Below the pieces are notes generated by a model. That model saw only the letters and a program-made list of their open reading frames with translations, made no database searches and was not told the DNA's origin. DNA of 64,000 bases from Ascoidea asiatica JCM 7603. Its lineage: Eukaryota; Fungi; Ascomycota. Made by a program: the position numbers and the translations under genes. The stretch covers positions 46,611-110,610 of the forward strand of contig BCKQ01000014.1 in NCBI GenBank assembly GCA_001600695.1. The letters are read 5' to 3'. This document shows, piece by piece, positions 34,201 through 44,818 of this stretch. Numbering within the stretch: the first letter of the stretch is position 1; every line of letters starts with the position of its first letter.

Positions 34201-34773
34201 TATATTATCATTTGAATTATAATTAATAATTTTTGATAATTGAATTGAATTTTTTATAATTTTTATTTTTTTTTTAATTAAATCTTCATAATCAATATCA
34301 ATAAATAATAAATTATTAATATTTTTATTTTGAAAATGATTTAAAAATTGAAAAGGTAATGGATCAAAACCACAACCAAGATTAAAAATTATAATTTTTT
34401 TAAATTCATTATTATTATTATTTTGATTTAAATAATGATTAATAATTGAATTTAAAGAATTTTTAATTGCTAACATTCTTAGAAGATAACCTCTATTTAT
34501 TATTGGAGATCTTCTTTGAGGTTTTTGAACAAAATATTTAAAATAATCATTTTTAATATTATTTTCAATATTATTTTCAATATTATTTTCAATATTATTT
34601 TTAATTTTTAAAGTATCAGCGGTTGAATAAAGAATTGAAGAATATAATCTTTCAACAGATCTTTTTGAAACTATTGAAGAATTATTTGTACCTTGAATTA
34701 AAGAATCCGAATCATTTTTTTTTTTCTTTTTATTTATATCATTTTTTATAATTAAATTATTTGATTCATTCAT
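31291..34773 (-). CDS. PPM2: tRNA wybutosine-synthesis protein 4 (LCMT + kelch + C-terminal JmjC)
   Basis: IQGTNNSSIVSKRSVE, RRSPIINRGY, NLGCGFDPLPF, EPFDEWEEF, kelch GGR repeats, GGAVCFSFGS; JmjC WLHYDV...PRMWLHAT. Confidence 0.93.
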   Translation of the reverse strand: MNESNNLIIKNDINKKKKKNDSDSLIQGTNNSSIVSKRSVERLYSSILYSTADTLKIKNNIENNIENNIENNIKNDYFKYFVQKPQRRSPIINRGYLLRMLAIKNSLNSIINHYLNQNNNNNEFKKIIIFNLGCGFDPLPFQFLNHFQNKNINNLLFIDIDYEDLIKKKIKIIKNSIQLSKIINYNSNDNINQLNSNSQILFKTNSYLAAKCNLNDSNSYNSLLISILNSLNIHSTSNSNSNSNSNSNIIKIFLSEVAITYMKPENSNKIISNSINFLPFSKTHFLLLEQILPSGINHPFSKKMINHFNNIGTNIHSISNINGYKSLIQQFNRFNNLNFLNSSINIEINDLLNYWNKLISNKIKIKIELIEPFDEWEEFYLFSQHYFILHFNNNNINIYPNDFNFIQNKNEIISNNISNNISNNISNNFSNDIEFYLQKNLSKNLQRKFSDSSMITKNQILLNSGFHSSRLNNSILLSTSLSSSNESEFNLLKNNKNPLPTQRLCHSILSLDNNQILLTGGRLSPGNFLKDTWILSEIKNNIKNNIKDNIKDNQLKLYSWKQLNSLPDTRFRHSSFKFDNNNIIIFGGNKDKNSSLFLRFSLNENKWYSMNYNFSIDGIFSSSLYFDKINQIGYILGGMDKNNNLSLKIFSFKVDIINNQIYLKLLYTNKNFCRYGGKLISKKINKGNINLFLIGGVSDNYLLDRKNSILDISILNNNKDILKINNVLIPENIWESIPLLVGFNAVEFNEEYKVLLAGGAVCFSFGSVWNDILILKLKSNEKEIDNENISLKKNLITKEENGEITFFNNIKLETDFNEIDPEHINNNNNLLLKEKPNKISIPRMNINELNKEKWENILLENKPIIFQYCNIGDCIKNWKNVDYLIKKFSENNKKVVIHESEDMNLNFNKKNFNYKTVQMSDAISKIFNPKTNDKNKYYLRALNLSNPRNKATKFKEDYPEICNDFKMPNEIFKDIYDNKEFSSILRITSKDTKIWLHYDVTANLLCQIVGYKQLRLYPSKYLNQLKFPIGSSSSIIEDIFDENNDLFYNNLKIDQYDEILKPGDILFLPRMWLHATKVLDNSNKLPSISLNIFWKDLEDKFYSKIGKDVYGNKDLEVYDQGKNIIKKFDQLFKSPEVLELPPDVREFYLKKLISEFKSLF

Positions 34774-35395
34774 TTTTATATATTAAAATTGATAAGTTTA
34801 TTTAAAAATAAGTATTAAATGTTTTAAATTATTTGTTTATATTGTATATAGTAAAATGATTTCAATTGAATTAAATGCGGTGATTAAGATTTTGGAAGAG
34901 AAGAACCGTAAAAGCGGATTCAGAGCTCGGCACTCGGCGTTTAACACCAGTAAATTTAGAATTAATTTAGAATTAATTTAGAATTGAAATTGAATTGGAA
35001 TTGAAATAAAGAGAAAGAATCAAAAAGTAGAAGCAAGAAACGAGTTGAAATAAAGAAATCAAGGAATTGTTTGATTACATCTTGCCAAGTTGATAAAGTA
35101 TTAAAAGAATATTATTTACAAAGCGAGATTCAACAAGAAATCAAAAAGACTTTTGCGTCTGAAGAAGCAATTGGGAAAGTGAACAAAAACCAATTTCAAA
35201 AGACTCGAAGCTTTGGCCGTTGCTCAATCAGCTGACTTTGCTGCCTTTGCTGCTTCTGCTGCTTCTGGTGATTGTTTTGAATTTGGGCACTGATTTGCAC
35301 CACAAAAACAACAAACACAAGAAGAATGTAAAAAGTAATGGCGGTTGGAGAGCTCAGGTCGGGCAGAGGCAAGTCTCGTGCCTTTACGGTGAGCC

Positions 35396-35403
35396 TGTGA
35401 CTG
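35396..35403 (-). promoter_or_regulatory. Homol-D-like box (CAGTCACA) in GC-rich RPS19/PPM2 divergent promoter
   Basis: TGTGACTG on the + strand; this motif is known from fungal ribosomal-protein promoters. Confidence 0.4.
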
Positions 35404-35557
35404 CTTTTTAACAAGCACACGCTTCAATAAGAGGTTACGGTCTGAGATATTCACTGTACTAGATGGCAAGCGGGTAATACTGTGGCCAGTGCACTCACCT
35501 TCTGATAGTTCGTTCTAGCAGTTCCCGGGCTGCGTAACCACTGCTTTCTTGATTTCT

Positions 35558-35583
35558 GGCACTGGGCACTGGGCACTGGGCAC
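35558..35583. repeat. (GGCACTG) x3.7 tandem repeat in RPS19 promoter
   Basis: ggcactgggcactgggcactgggcac. Confidence 0.8.
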
Positions 35584-36108
35584 CCAGCTCTATTTTATCA
35601 TGGACGCGCAGTTGTTGCGCTTGTTCTGCGCTGTTTCCCAGCGAGTGTTGCTGGTTAACTGCCCACTGCGCGCATTAAATCTCGAAGACCGCGCAAAACA
35701 ACTGCCCCTGCACGCATTGCTTTTCTTTCGCTCAGTGTTTTATTTTCCTCCGAGCGCAACGCGTGCTGTTTCTGTGTTTCCTTTGCCTGCCACGCTTGAC
35801 CACACCACAAAACGCGCGCTTTTGTATCCACTGCCTTCGTTTCCTGCGCTGTTCCAGCCTGGTTCTATTCTCTCTCTCTATTCTCTCTCTTTATTCTTCT
35901 CACTCTCTGTTTTTACCCTGCTCTGTTTCTGTTCTTCCAACACGAATTTTCAAAATTTTAATATTTCAAATTCATTCAATTATTATCATGATCAATATAA
36001 TTAAAATTAATAATATATTAGAATCAAGTCTCAAAGGATCCAATATCTTTAATAATTAAATATCCCATCACATATATAATATATACATATATTTAAAAAT
36101 ATTTCAAA

Positions 36109-36759
36109 ATGGCAGGTGTATCAGTTAGGTAGGTCCTTTTCAATTTTTAAATTTCATTAAATGAAAATTAATTGTTAAAATTATGAAAAAAAAAAGTAGA
36201 ATTAAAGAAAATTTATCATAATAATTTGATTATAAAAATGAGTAGAGTGATAGAAATGAAGAATGAAATAAAAGAGTAATAATTGACTAAATTTAACTGA
36301 AGTGAACTAAACTAAAGTAAAGTAAAGTAAACTTATGAAAGTAGAAATTATATAATATTTCATATCTATTGAAAAATAAGTTATAATTAAAGAAAAATAA
36401 TCGAATTTAATCATATTTTATAACTAAAAAAATAATGAATTACCTAAAAAATGAAATCTATTTAAAAATTTATGTTCAAATAATGTACATAATCTATATA
36501 TTAATAATTAATAATTCAATAATTGAAATATTATAATAATATATTATAATCTTTAATAACTTTCCAATTTAGTTAAATTATTCTTTTCCATTATTATTGA
36601 AAAGTATTTACCTATTTATTCAATATCTATTTCAATCCTCTTTAAATACGTATTTTATTCCATAAAAATATACTCATTTCATAATAAAGAGTATGAATTC
36701 TTTAAAATCAATCATTAAATCAATCATTAAATCAATCATATTTCTTCATTCTCATTAAA

Positions 36760-36791
<32 letters not shown>

Positions 36792-37345
36792 TTCAATCAT
36801 ATAAAATAATTGAAATAATTTACTTTTTCATTCATATTTAATTCAATTAAAACATTTCTCATTTCATTTTATTTTATTCAATTTTACTAACTTTATTTTC
36901 ATTTTCATATAGAGACGTTCCAGCTCAAAGTTTTATTAATGCTTATGCTCAATTTTTACAACGTCAAGGTAAACTTGAAGTTCCAGGTTATGTTGATTTA
37001 GTTAAAACTAGTGCAGGTAATGAATTACCACCACAAGAAGCTGAAACTTGGTTTTATAAACGTGCAGCTTCTGCTGCTCGTCATATTTATTTAAGAAAAC
37101 ATGTTGGTGTTGGAAAATTAAATAAATTATATGGTGGTGCTTCAAATCGTGGTGGTAGACCTTCAAAACATCAAGATGCTTCTGGTTCAATTAATCGTAA
37201 AGTTTTACAAAGTTTAGAAAAAATTGGTGTTGTTGAAATTTCTCCAAAAGGTGGTAGACAAATATCTGAAAATGGTCAAAGAGATTTAGATCGTATTGCT
37301 GCTCAAACTTTAGAAGAAGAAGATGATGAATCTGATGATGAATAA
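36109..37345 (+). CDS. RPS19: 40S ribosomal protein eS19; exons 36109-36128 and 36913-37345 (missed by ORF track)
   Basis: Spliced product MAGVSVRDVPAQSFINAYAQFLQRQGKLEVPGYVDLVKTSAGNELPPQ...WFYKRAAS..RHIYLRK...GQRDLDRIAAQTLEEE. The 784-nt intron has GTAGGT, TACTAAC 36885 and TAG 36910-12. Confidence 0.97.
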
Positions 37346-37768
37346 TTTATTATCAATCAATCAATCAATAAATCATTCAATAAATCAATCAATAAATCAA
37401 CCTAATCTAATATAATAAATATTTTAATAAATTTAATGTTATATATTTAAATTAATTACTATATTTATTCTCTTTCAAATCCGTTGAATTAATGAACTAC
37501 GGATCCGATTCCGCATTAAAACGGTTTTAAGGATTTTTTTATTTGATTACCAACCTCATGGGTCTACCAATCCCATGGGTCTTTAAATTTATTTTTTATT
37601 GAAATAATTGAAAATATTGAAAATATTGAAAATATTGAAATAAATAAATAAATAAATAAATAAATAAATATATGAAAGAAATAGATGAATATTTTATAAA
37701 ATCAGTAATTTTATTTGATAAAACCATTCAATTATATATATAAAATCCTTTTTTTTCTTTTTTTTTTA

Positions 37769-39133
37769 ATGTCAAAAGAATATTTAATCCTATTAGCTCA
37801 GTCAAATACTAATTTTAGAATTCCAGAATTAGAATCTTTAGCTGATTTATATAATTTACCAAAAATTGATTTTTCAAATCATTGTGAAAGTAATCCATTT
37901 TTAAAATTAAATTTAAAAAATGATAATTTTGCTAAAAAATTAATTAAACGTTCAATATTATCAAAAGGTATTTATGAATTTTGGGCCAAAGGTGAAAATT
38001 TAGAAATTTTACATAAAAATATTAAAAAAAATATTAAAAAAAATTTTAATAATATAAATTTAGAAAATTTTAAAAATTCTTCATTTAAATTTGAAATTAT
38101 TAGTTATAAAGGTAAAAAGTCTAAAAAAGATCAAATAAAAATTATAGAATCTTTTAATTATCTTAATTTTAATGGTAAAATTGATTTAAAAAATCCAAAT
38201 GAAATTTTTACAATCATTGAAGATTATGATTCAAATGATAGAATTAATGATAGAACTCCATTTAAATTTCCAAAAATGTTATATTTTGGTAGACAAATTC
38301 AATTAAGTCCAAGAACTTTAAATATTTTAGATAAATATGATTTAAAAAAAAGAAATTATATTGGTACAACTTCTTTTGAACATGAATTATCTCTTGTAAC
38401 TGTAAATATTGGTCAAGCTTCAAAAAATAAAATAATGTATGATCCATTTGTTGGAACTGGAAGTTTTTTAGTTGCTGCTGCCAATTTTGGTGCAATCACA
38501 ATTGGTTCTGATATTGATGTAAGAACTTTAAATGGTAAAAAAAATAAAAATATTGAATCAAATTTTAAACAATATAAAACTCAATTACAATTCATTGATA
38601 TTTTAACAATGGATTTTACTCATAATTCTTTAAGAAAAAATTTTATAATTGATTCAATAATTTGTGATCCACCATATGGTGTAAGAGAAGGTTTAAAAGT
38701 TTTAGGTACAAATAGACCTGATAGATTTGAAGGTAAAGAAAATTTAATTATTGATGGTGAAAAATCTTTTCTTAGAAGAGATTATGTACAACCAAAAAAA
38801 TCATATGAACTTGATAGATTATTAAATGATTTATTACAATTTTCAAGTGAAAGATTACCAATAAATGGAAGATTATCATTTTGGATGCCAACAGCTAATG
38901 ATGATTTTGAAATTAATCAAGTTCCTCAACATGAAAGTTTAAAATTACTTTATAATTTAGAACAAACTTTTAATAAATGGTCTAGAAGATTATTAGTTTA
39001 TGTTAAAATAAAAGAAAATTCAAAAGATTATTTACATAATAATATGAAAATTGAAACTAGTAAACATATAGGAAATTTCAGAACAAGATATTTTGAAGGT
39101 TTTAAACCAACAAATTTAAATAATAAAGATTAG
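37769..39133 (+). CDS. TRM11: tRNA m2G10 methyltransferase
   Basis: FRIPELESLADL, KYDLKKRNYIGTTSF..ELSL, YDPFVGTGS, ICDPPYGVRE, KWSRRLL. ATG at 37769. Confidence 0.95.
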   Translation: MSKEYLILLAQSNTNFRIPELESLADLYNLPKIDFSNHCESNPFLKLNLKNDNFAKKLIKRSILSKGIYEFWAKGENLEILHKNIKKNIKKNFNNINLENFKNSSFKFEIISYKGKKSKKDQIKIIESFNYLNFNGKIDLKNPNEIFTIIEDYDSNDRINDRTPFKFPKMLYFGRQIQLSPRTLNILDKYDLKKRNYIGTTSFEHELSLVTVNIGQASKNKIMYDPFVGTGSFLVAAANFGAITIGSDIDVRTLNGKKNKNIESNFKQYKTQLQFIDILTMDFTHNSLRKNFIIDSIICDPPYGVREGLKVLGTNRPDRFEGKENLIIDGEKSFLRRDYVQPKKSYELDRLLNDLLQFSSERLPINGRLSFWMPTANDDFEINQVPQHESLKLLYNLEQTFNKWSRRLLVYVKIKENSKDYLHNNMKIETSKHIGNFRTRYFEGFKPTNLNNKD

Positions 39134-39561
39134 TAAAGATTTATAAAATATATTGTGTATATTTTATTATATTATATTATATGAATCTTAAAAAAAGAAA
39201 AGAAAAAAAAAAAGAATTTCAAAATATTAATATTAATATTAATATTAATAGATATGAGATGGATAAACACAAGAGCATAATATGCAAATGATCAAATATA
39301 AACAATGAAACAAATAAGAGCATAATAAGAGCATAACAAAAGGTGTAGTAAAAAGGTATTGTGAAAAATAAATAAAAAAAAGAAAAAAAAAAAATTAAAA
39401 ACAGAGAATTATGATATAATAATTATTATTATAAATGAAATGATCCAAAAATGATTGAAAAAAAAAAGTCTAGTTAAGAAATATAACTAATAATGTTTAA
39501 TGAATTTGATATTATGATAATGTACAAGATTTAAAATGATTAAATGAATTAAAGAGTTATT

Positions 39562-40422
39562 TTAACAACATGAAGATTTATTAGGTTCTGAAGGATTTGA
39601 AATATCAATTATATTATCTTTATTCAGGTTATAATTATCCAGAGAATCAGAACTATGTTTTGAATGAAAATTATAAGAAGTTGAAGTTGAATTTGAATTT
39701 GAATTTGAAATTGAAGATGAAGGTGAAATATTAATTTGTGAATCAGAATAATTAGGATCGGAAGTAGTTGAAGTTGTAACAATTGTACTTATTAAAGTTC
39801 TAAATAATAATTTTGCATCTTCTAAATATCTTGCACTAACTTCATAAAAGCCATAAATTTTAAAATTTTTATTATTATTTAAATAAATATTTAGATCAGA
39901 TAAATCTTTTTGAAATACTTGTCTTTTATTATTATCTTCTAAAACTTTATCTCTTTTATTACCAACTATAAAAAATACAATTTTTTGAATATTTGTTGAA
40001 TTTTCAATACATTCTTTAATCCAATGATTTTTTAATTGATTAAAAGATTCTTTATTTGTAATATCATAAACTAATAATATACCATTAGTATGATTATATA
40101 AAGATGGAGTTATAGTTCTATATCTTTCTTGACCAGCAGTATCCCACATTATAACTTTAAATAATTTACCATCAACATTAACTAATTTTGCTTTTAAATC
40201 TATACCAATTGTAGTTTTTAATTGATCTTGTTGAAATTCTTGATCACAATATCTTATTAATAAAGCAGATTTTCCAACATTTGTTGAACCAATTATTAAA
40301 ATTTTTAAATTTGGAATATGTTCATATAAATTTGAAGAAGCATCATCAATTAATATTGAATTTCTAACTTGATGTTTTGATTTTCTTATAAGATGAGAAG
40401 AAGTTGGTGAAGGTAATATCAT
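39562..40422 (-). CDS. Rab GTPase, Rab18-like
   Basis: GSTNVGKS, TTIGID, WDTAGQE, RTITPS (Rab18-type TPS), NKRD, SAR, C-terminal CC prenylation motif. Confidence 0.8.
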   Translation of the reverse strand: MILPSPTSSHLIRKSKHQVRNSILIDDASSNLYEHIPNLKILIIGSTNVGKSALLIRYCDQEFQQDQLKTTIGIDLKAKLVNVDGKLFKVIMWDTAGQERYRTITPSLYNHTNGILLVYDITNKESFNQLKNHWIKECIENSTNIQKIVFFIVGNKRDKVLEDNNKRQVFQKDLSDLNIYLNNNKNFKIYGFYEVSARYLEDAKLLFRTLISTIVTTSTTSDPNYSDSQINISPSSSISNSNSNSTSTSYNFHSKHSSDSLDNYNLNKDNIIDISNPSEPNKSSCC

Positions 40423-41108
40423 TATATTTAAATGGAAATAAGAATGTAAATGGAAATGGAAAAGTAATCAAAATATAATGAGATCCTAAATCTTAAAAAA
40501 TATATATTATGAAATGAAAAACTTGAAAATTTGGAATAGTTTCAAAAATAAACAAACTCCAACAAATGACAAATATTGAAAATATTTTGATATAATTATT
40601 TTTAAGCAACGAGAATACGTCAGTTTTAACAAATTTTAAGTTGAATATTGTAAATATTATTGATTATTGTCTGATTTCTTAGAAAATAGATAATTGAAAA
40701 GTACGCCTGGATCTAAAATTGAGGATTCTGAATGTGTACCAATGTCTTTTTCTTTTAGAATCAGTTCTCACCACAGTTTCTAGAAATAGAATTAGTGGTT
40801 TGTATGCTTTGAATAGGTATTCTTTTCAGACACTATCAGAATATAGAATCAGTCAGTATATATAATCAAAATAAGAGTGTAATAAAGCTCTTCTTTGCTC
40901 TTATCTTCTCTTCCTTCTATCTTCTTTCGTATCTTCTTTTCTTTCATTCCTCTTTCTCAGTTTCTTCTTTTGCACCTTCTTTTCAATCCTGGACTATTCC
41001 AGAGGTTAGCCGGATGAGCCGCTACCACGCACCCGGTTTTCTTCCGGTTTTCTTTTAGTTTTTTTTCTGCAACACAGCCAAAACTCCACTTCACGCCAGC
41101 AAGAAACA

Positions 41109-41201
41109 GCCTGGCTAGCATAATCGGTAGTGCATTTGACTCTTATACTCAGCACAAGAAAAGTTATCAGAAGGTTGCGGGTTCGAGCCCCGCGTCGGGC
41201 C
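41109..41201 (+). tRNA. tRNA-Lys(CTT) with 20-nt intron (41146-41165)
   Basis: Acceptor GCCTGGC/GTCGGGC, D arm GCAT-AATCGGTA-GTGC, anticodon stem TTTGA/TCAGA with CTT at 41142-44, T arm GCGGG-TTCGAGC-CCCGC. Confidence 0.95.
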
Positions 41202-41208
41202 TTTTTTT
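41202..41208 (+). terminator. RNA polymerase III terminator (T7)
   Basis: Run of seven T immediately after the tRNA. Confidence 0.85.
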
Positions 41209-42104
41209 GGATTTTTTTCTGTTTTTTTTTTTCTTTTTTTAAGGTTTTCCAGTTTCTGCAGCCCCATTTCAGTTCAGGTATTCTTTCTGTCATAGTGCGT
41301 GCAGCTGCCGCTACCGTTTTTTTCATCTTTTTCCAAAAACTGGATCAATTTTTGCTGCTTCAGATTTTACTTCTCAATCTTTATTTTATGAAAAAGTCTG
41401 AGATTTTACTCTGATTTTGTCAATTATTCTAGAAATATGCTGACAAGTTGTTTAATTTTCACTTTACTATTGGAAAAAAACAAATGGTCACCTTTTTGTT
41501 TAATTTTCTCTTATTTGACAATTCTATAAACATTAACAGTTAACATATCTCGATATTTTAGATTTACTCTGGTAAGATACATTATTATTATTTATAATCC
41601 GTTATTAGTCTTTTTTAAAAAGGCTCTTTTTTTCTGTTTATTTGAATTCAATCTTCGTTTATCAATTATAAAGTTTTAAACGATTCAATTTATTCAATAT
41701 TTTTATTCAATGTCTCAAAACTAATGGTACAAAAACTTTTAATAAAATAATCAATTTTAATTTCAATATTTCTGATAATTTGATTTTTTGAAGGAGTTAA
41801 AAAATCATTCAGAAATCATCCTGATTTGTATAATGTTTGATAAATTGAAAAAGAAATGATGTTTTTTTATCTTAAATTTTTATTATATTCGACATCTTTA
41901 CAACTTTTCCGCAGCCAATTTTATATATTATTTTATTCAATTTCCTCATACTTCTTTCTTTAGCTTGACATTTTTAAAACACTTTTATTAATTTTATTAA
42001 ATCTAAATTAATATTAATTATTACTAATTTCTTTAATTTCTCTTTTTTCATTCAATATTTGCTTTAATGAAAATAATCAAATCAAATCTCATTAAATATT
42101 AATA

Positions 42105-43568
42105 ATGTCAATCATTGCTTATCATACTTATATAATAGATAATTATCTTCAAAAATTTTATAAAATTAGTGATTTAAATCATTGTAATTCAAATTATCCA
42201 ATTTTACCAAGATTAAAAGACCAAGCTTTATTATTAACTATTTTTAAAATTGATAAAAATTATAATTCAATTTCAATAATTTTAGGTAAATCTTCTTTAG
42301 AAAATTTAACTGAAATAATTTTTAAAGATTCAATAATAAATTATTTGAATAAAATTAATTATTTAAATATTAATAATAAATTTAATAATAATAATAATAA
42401 TGAATTAAATATTAAAATTATTTTAAAAGAATTATTATCTTTAAAAAATTTCTTAAAATTATCAAAACAATATAATATGGAATTTTTTATACCTCAATTT
42501 CAAAGAAATGATAGAAATTTTGAAATTTTAATGATAAAAATTTTTAAAGTTTTTATTGGTGCTTTAATATTAGATGATTCAATTGATAATTTAAAAAAAT
42601 TTTTTAATAAAATTATTCAAAATAATTTAAAAGAATTAAATTTAATTGATGATAAAGTTGAATTAATGGATTTAACAATAAAAAATTTATTAAATCCATT
42701 TAATATTAAACCAACTTATTCATATAAAATAATTAGAAATGATTATGATAATATTAAAAATATTTCTGTTAATTGTAAATTATTTAATAAAACTTTATCA
42801 AATGCAAATGGTTCTGATTTAAAACAATTAAGATTAAAATCTGCAAAAAAATTAATTGATGATCAAGATTTTACTTTAAAACAATTAAATGATTATTTTG
42901 ATTCTTTAAGTATAAATTCAAGTAAATTATTATTAAAAAAAAAATTAAATTTTAATAATATTAATCCAATATTATCTGATCAAAATTTTTCAAAAATTGC
43001 TCCAACATTACTTAAACATAAAATTCATACCAAAATAAAATATAAAGTAATTGATAATAATAACTATTCCAATAAGGATTCTAGTATTGATTTAAATGAA
43101 GACTATAATGACAGTGATAATGATACTAATAATAATAATAATAATTATTATAATAATAAATTCTTAAGTGGTCATAGTAATAGTATCAGTCATAATCAAA
43201 ATATCAATTACTCAAAAAATAATATTCCAAATCGATCTCATAGTTTAAGTGGTAATTCTTTTGATTTATCAAAGTCTAATAATCCAGATTTTGATTCAAA
43301 TTCAAAACCCAATCTGAGATCTAATCCAACAATTGTATTATGCTATGCAATTCAAGAAATACCTTTAGGTTATGGTTATGGTTTTAATTATGAAGATGCA
43401 GTTTCAAGAGCTGCAAAAACAATATTAAAGAGAGAAGATATATCTGATTTTTCAACATATTTGACAAAAAGTAATTTATATTATAATGGCCTATCTATAT
43501 CTTCATCTTCTATAAACCTGGGAAGTACAAAATTGGATGAAGAAAGACAGGAAAACTTCTCGTTTTGA
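42105..43568 (+). CDS. RNase III family (Rnt1/Dcr1/Cdl1-like) protein with two dsRBD-like regions, predicted catalytically dead
   Basis: YPILPRLKDQAL (cf. WPPKLPEI.D..), ILGKSSL (cf. FLGDSVL), KIFKVFIGALILD (cf. DVFEAYIGAL.LD), dsRBD ends SNANGSDLKQLRLKSAKKLI and LGYGYGFNYEDAVSRAAKTIL. Confidence 0.7.
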   Translation: MSIIAYHTYIIDNYLQKFYKISDLNHCNSNYPILPRLKDQALLLTIFKIDKNYNSISIILGKSSLENLTEIIFKDSIINYLNKINYLNINNKFNNNNNNELNIKIILKELLSLKNFLKLSKQYNMEFFIPQFQRNDRNFEILMIKIFKVFIGALILDDSIDNLKKFFNKIIQNNLKELNLIDDKVELMDLTIKNLLNPFNIKPTYSYKIIRNDYDNIKNISVNCKLFNKTLSNANGSDLKQLRLKSAKKLIDDQDFTLKQLNDYFDSLSINSSKLLLKKKLNFNNINPILSDQNFSKIAPTLLKHKIHTKIKYKVIDNNNYSNKDSSIDLNEDYNDSDNDTNNNNNNYYNNKFLSGHSNSISHNQNINYSKNNIPNRSHSLSGNSFDLSKSNNPDFDSNSKPNLRSNPTIVLCYAIQEIPLGYGYGFNYEDAVSRAAKTILKREDISDFSTYLTKSNLYYNGLSISSSSINLGSTKLDEERQENFSF

Positions 43569-44818
43569 AATTATTGTTTCATTGTTAGATACTTTTTTTC
43601 TTTCTTGAAAATTGCCAAAAAATTGTATAACTTTCAAAAAATAAATAGATTTAAAATTATATCCAGATTCTCTCACCTTGATGTTTAGTAGAACCCATAA
43701 AAATCAAAATTGATCTTATTATTGTACAACATAATCCTCCATTCAACTTTTTGAAATCATTGAATCTAGGGAAATTATCAATGATCAAAGTACTTGATTT
43801 ATTTCCTTAAAAGATACTCTGGAAATGTGAAAAATTATTTACAACACAAGTTACTTTGAAATGAAATTACCCTCAAATAAAAGTAGTTTTAACTTGATTG
43901 AGAATGACACAGAATTTACTTCACTTAAAGTTAGTCATTAACAATATTCATTATGTTTTTATAACTATTCTATCAATTTGGAATATGATTGATTTATGTA
44001 AAAAATAGAAGAAAACAAGCGTCTTAAATGTCGATAGAAAGGGTTCTGAGATATCTGAGGCATCCACAGAATTCGTCTAAAGAAAAATCTAGTAGTATTA
44101 TGATTTGACTTATTTACATCTGTTTTGAATAAAAGCATCAAATCATCAAAGGAAACTAACAATAGAAGTTTCTTCCACTTTCAAAGAATTGTTTCGTGTT
44201 TAAATTGATTTTCTATGAAAGTATTTTGATGTCCTCGGAAATATTGAGAGCCGTTTCAGTCATTTGAAAATGTATTCACAAACCGAACAATGAATTTTTC
44301 AGAGCTTGCACTTTCTACCAAATGGCTATGCTCAAGATATTGACGAGCTTGCTATTTTTATTCCATTCAACTTCATAACATTTATTCATCATTCTTAAGC
44401 TCTTGAAGATCAATCATCAAGATCGTAAATCTTGGTGCATTTAGGCCATTTTTTTATTTTCGATCTCATTCATTGGAATTGTTAGGCTTTATTCGTTCTT
44501 CAGTATCAAGAGATTGATATTTCAATATCAAATTATGACAAATTTAATATTTACCATATCTCAATTCTACAGTACAAATACTGTAAATCAAAATCAATAA
44601 TAGTAAAAGCAAGTCTCAACACATGAGATGTTCATAATGAATTTTCTTTTTATTCAGAATATAAATTGATTCAAATTTCTTCTTCCTTTAGATTGTTTAT
44701 TAATTTTAAAATTATCCTAAAAATTATTTATAATTATAACTATTTATAATTGGAATTAAATCAATTCCTCTCAGTCACTCCTTAAACTTATTTTTTTATT
44801 CCTTGGAACTTTCTAAGA

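Noticed and set aside
35150-36059. GC-rich region as RNase P/MRP, SRP, snRNA or small proteins
   Set aside because: No P4, Sm-site, U1/U2/U5/U6 or SRP signature recognised; position fits the RPS19/PPM2 divergent promoter.
31291-41201. Translation-related gene cluster (PPM2, RPS19, TRM11, tRNA)
   Set aside because: Housekeeping neighbours with no evidence of a dedicated shared pathway.
41006-41414. ORFs overlapping the tRNA
   Set aside because: Explained by tRNA-Lys and flanking T tracts.
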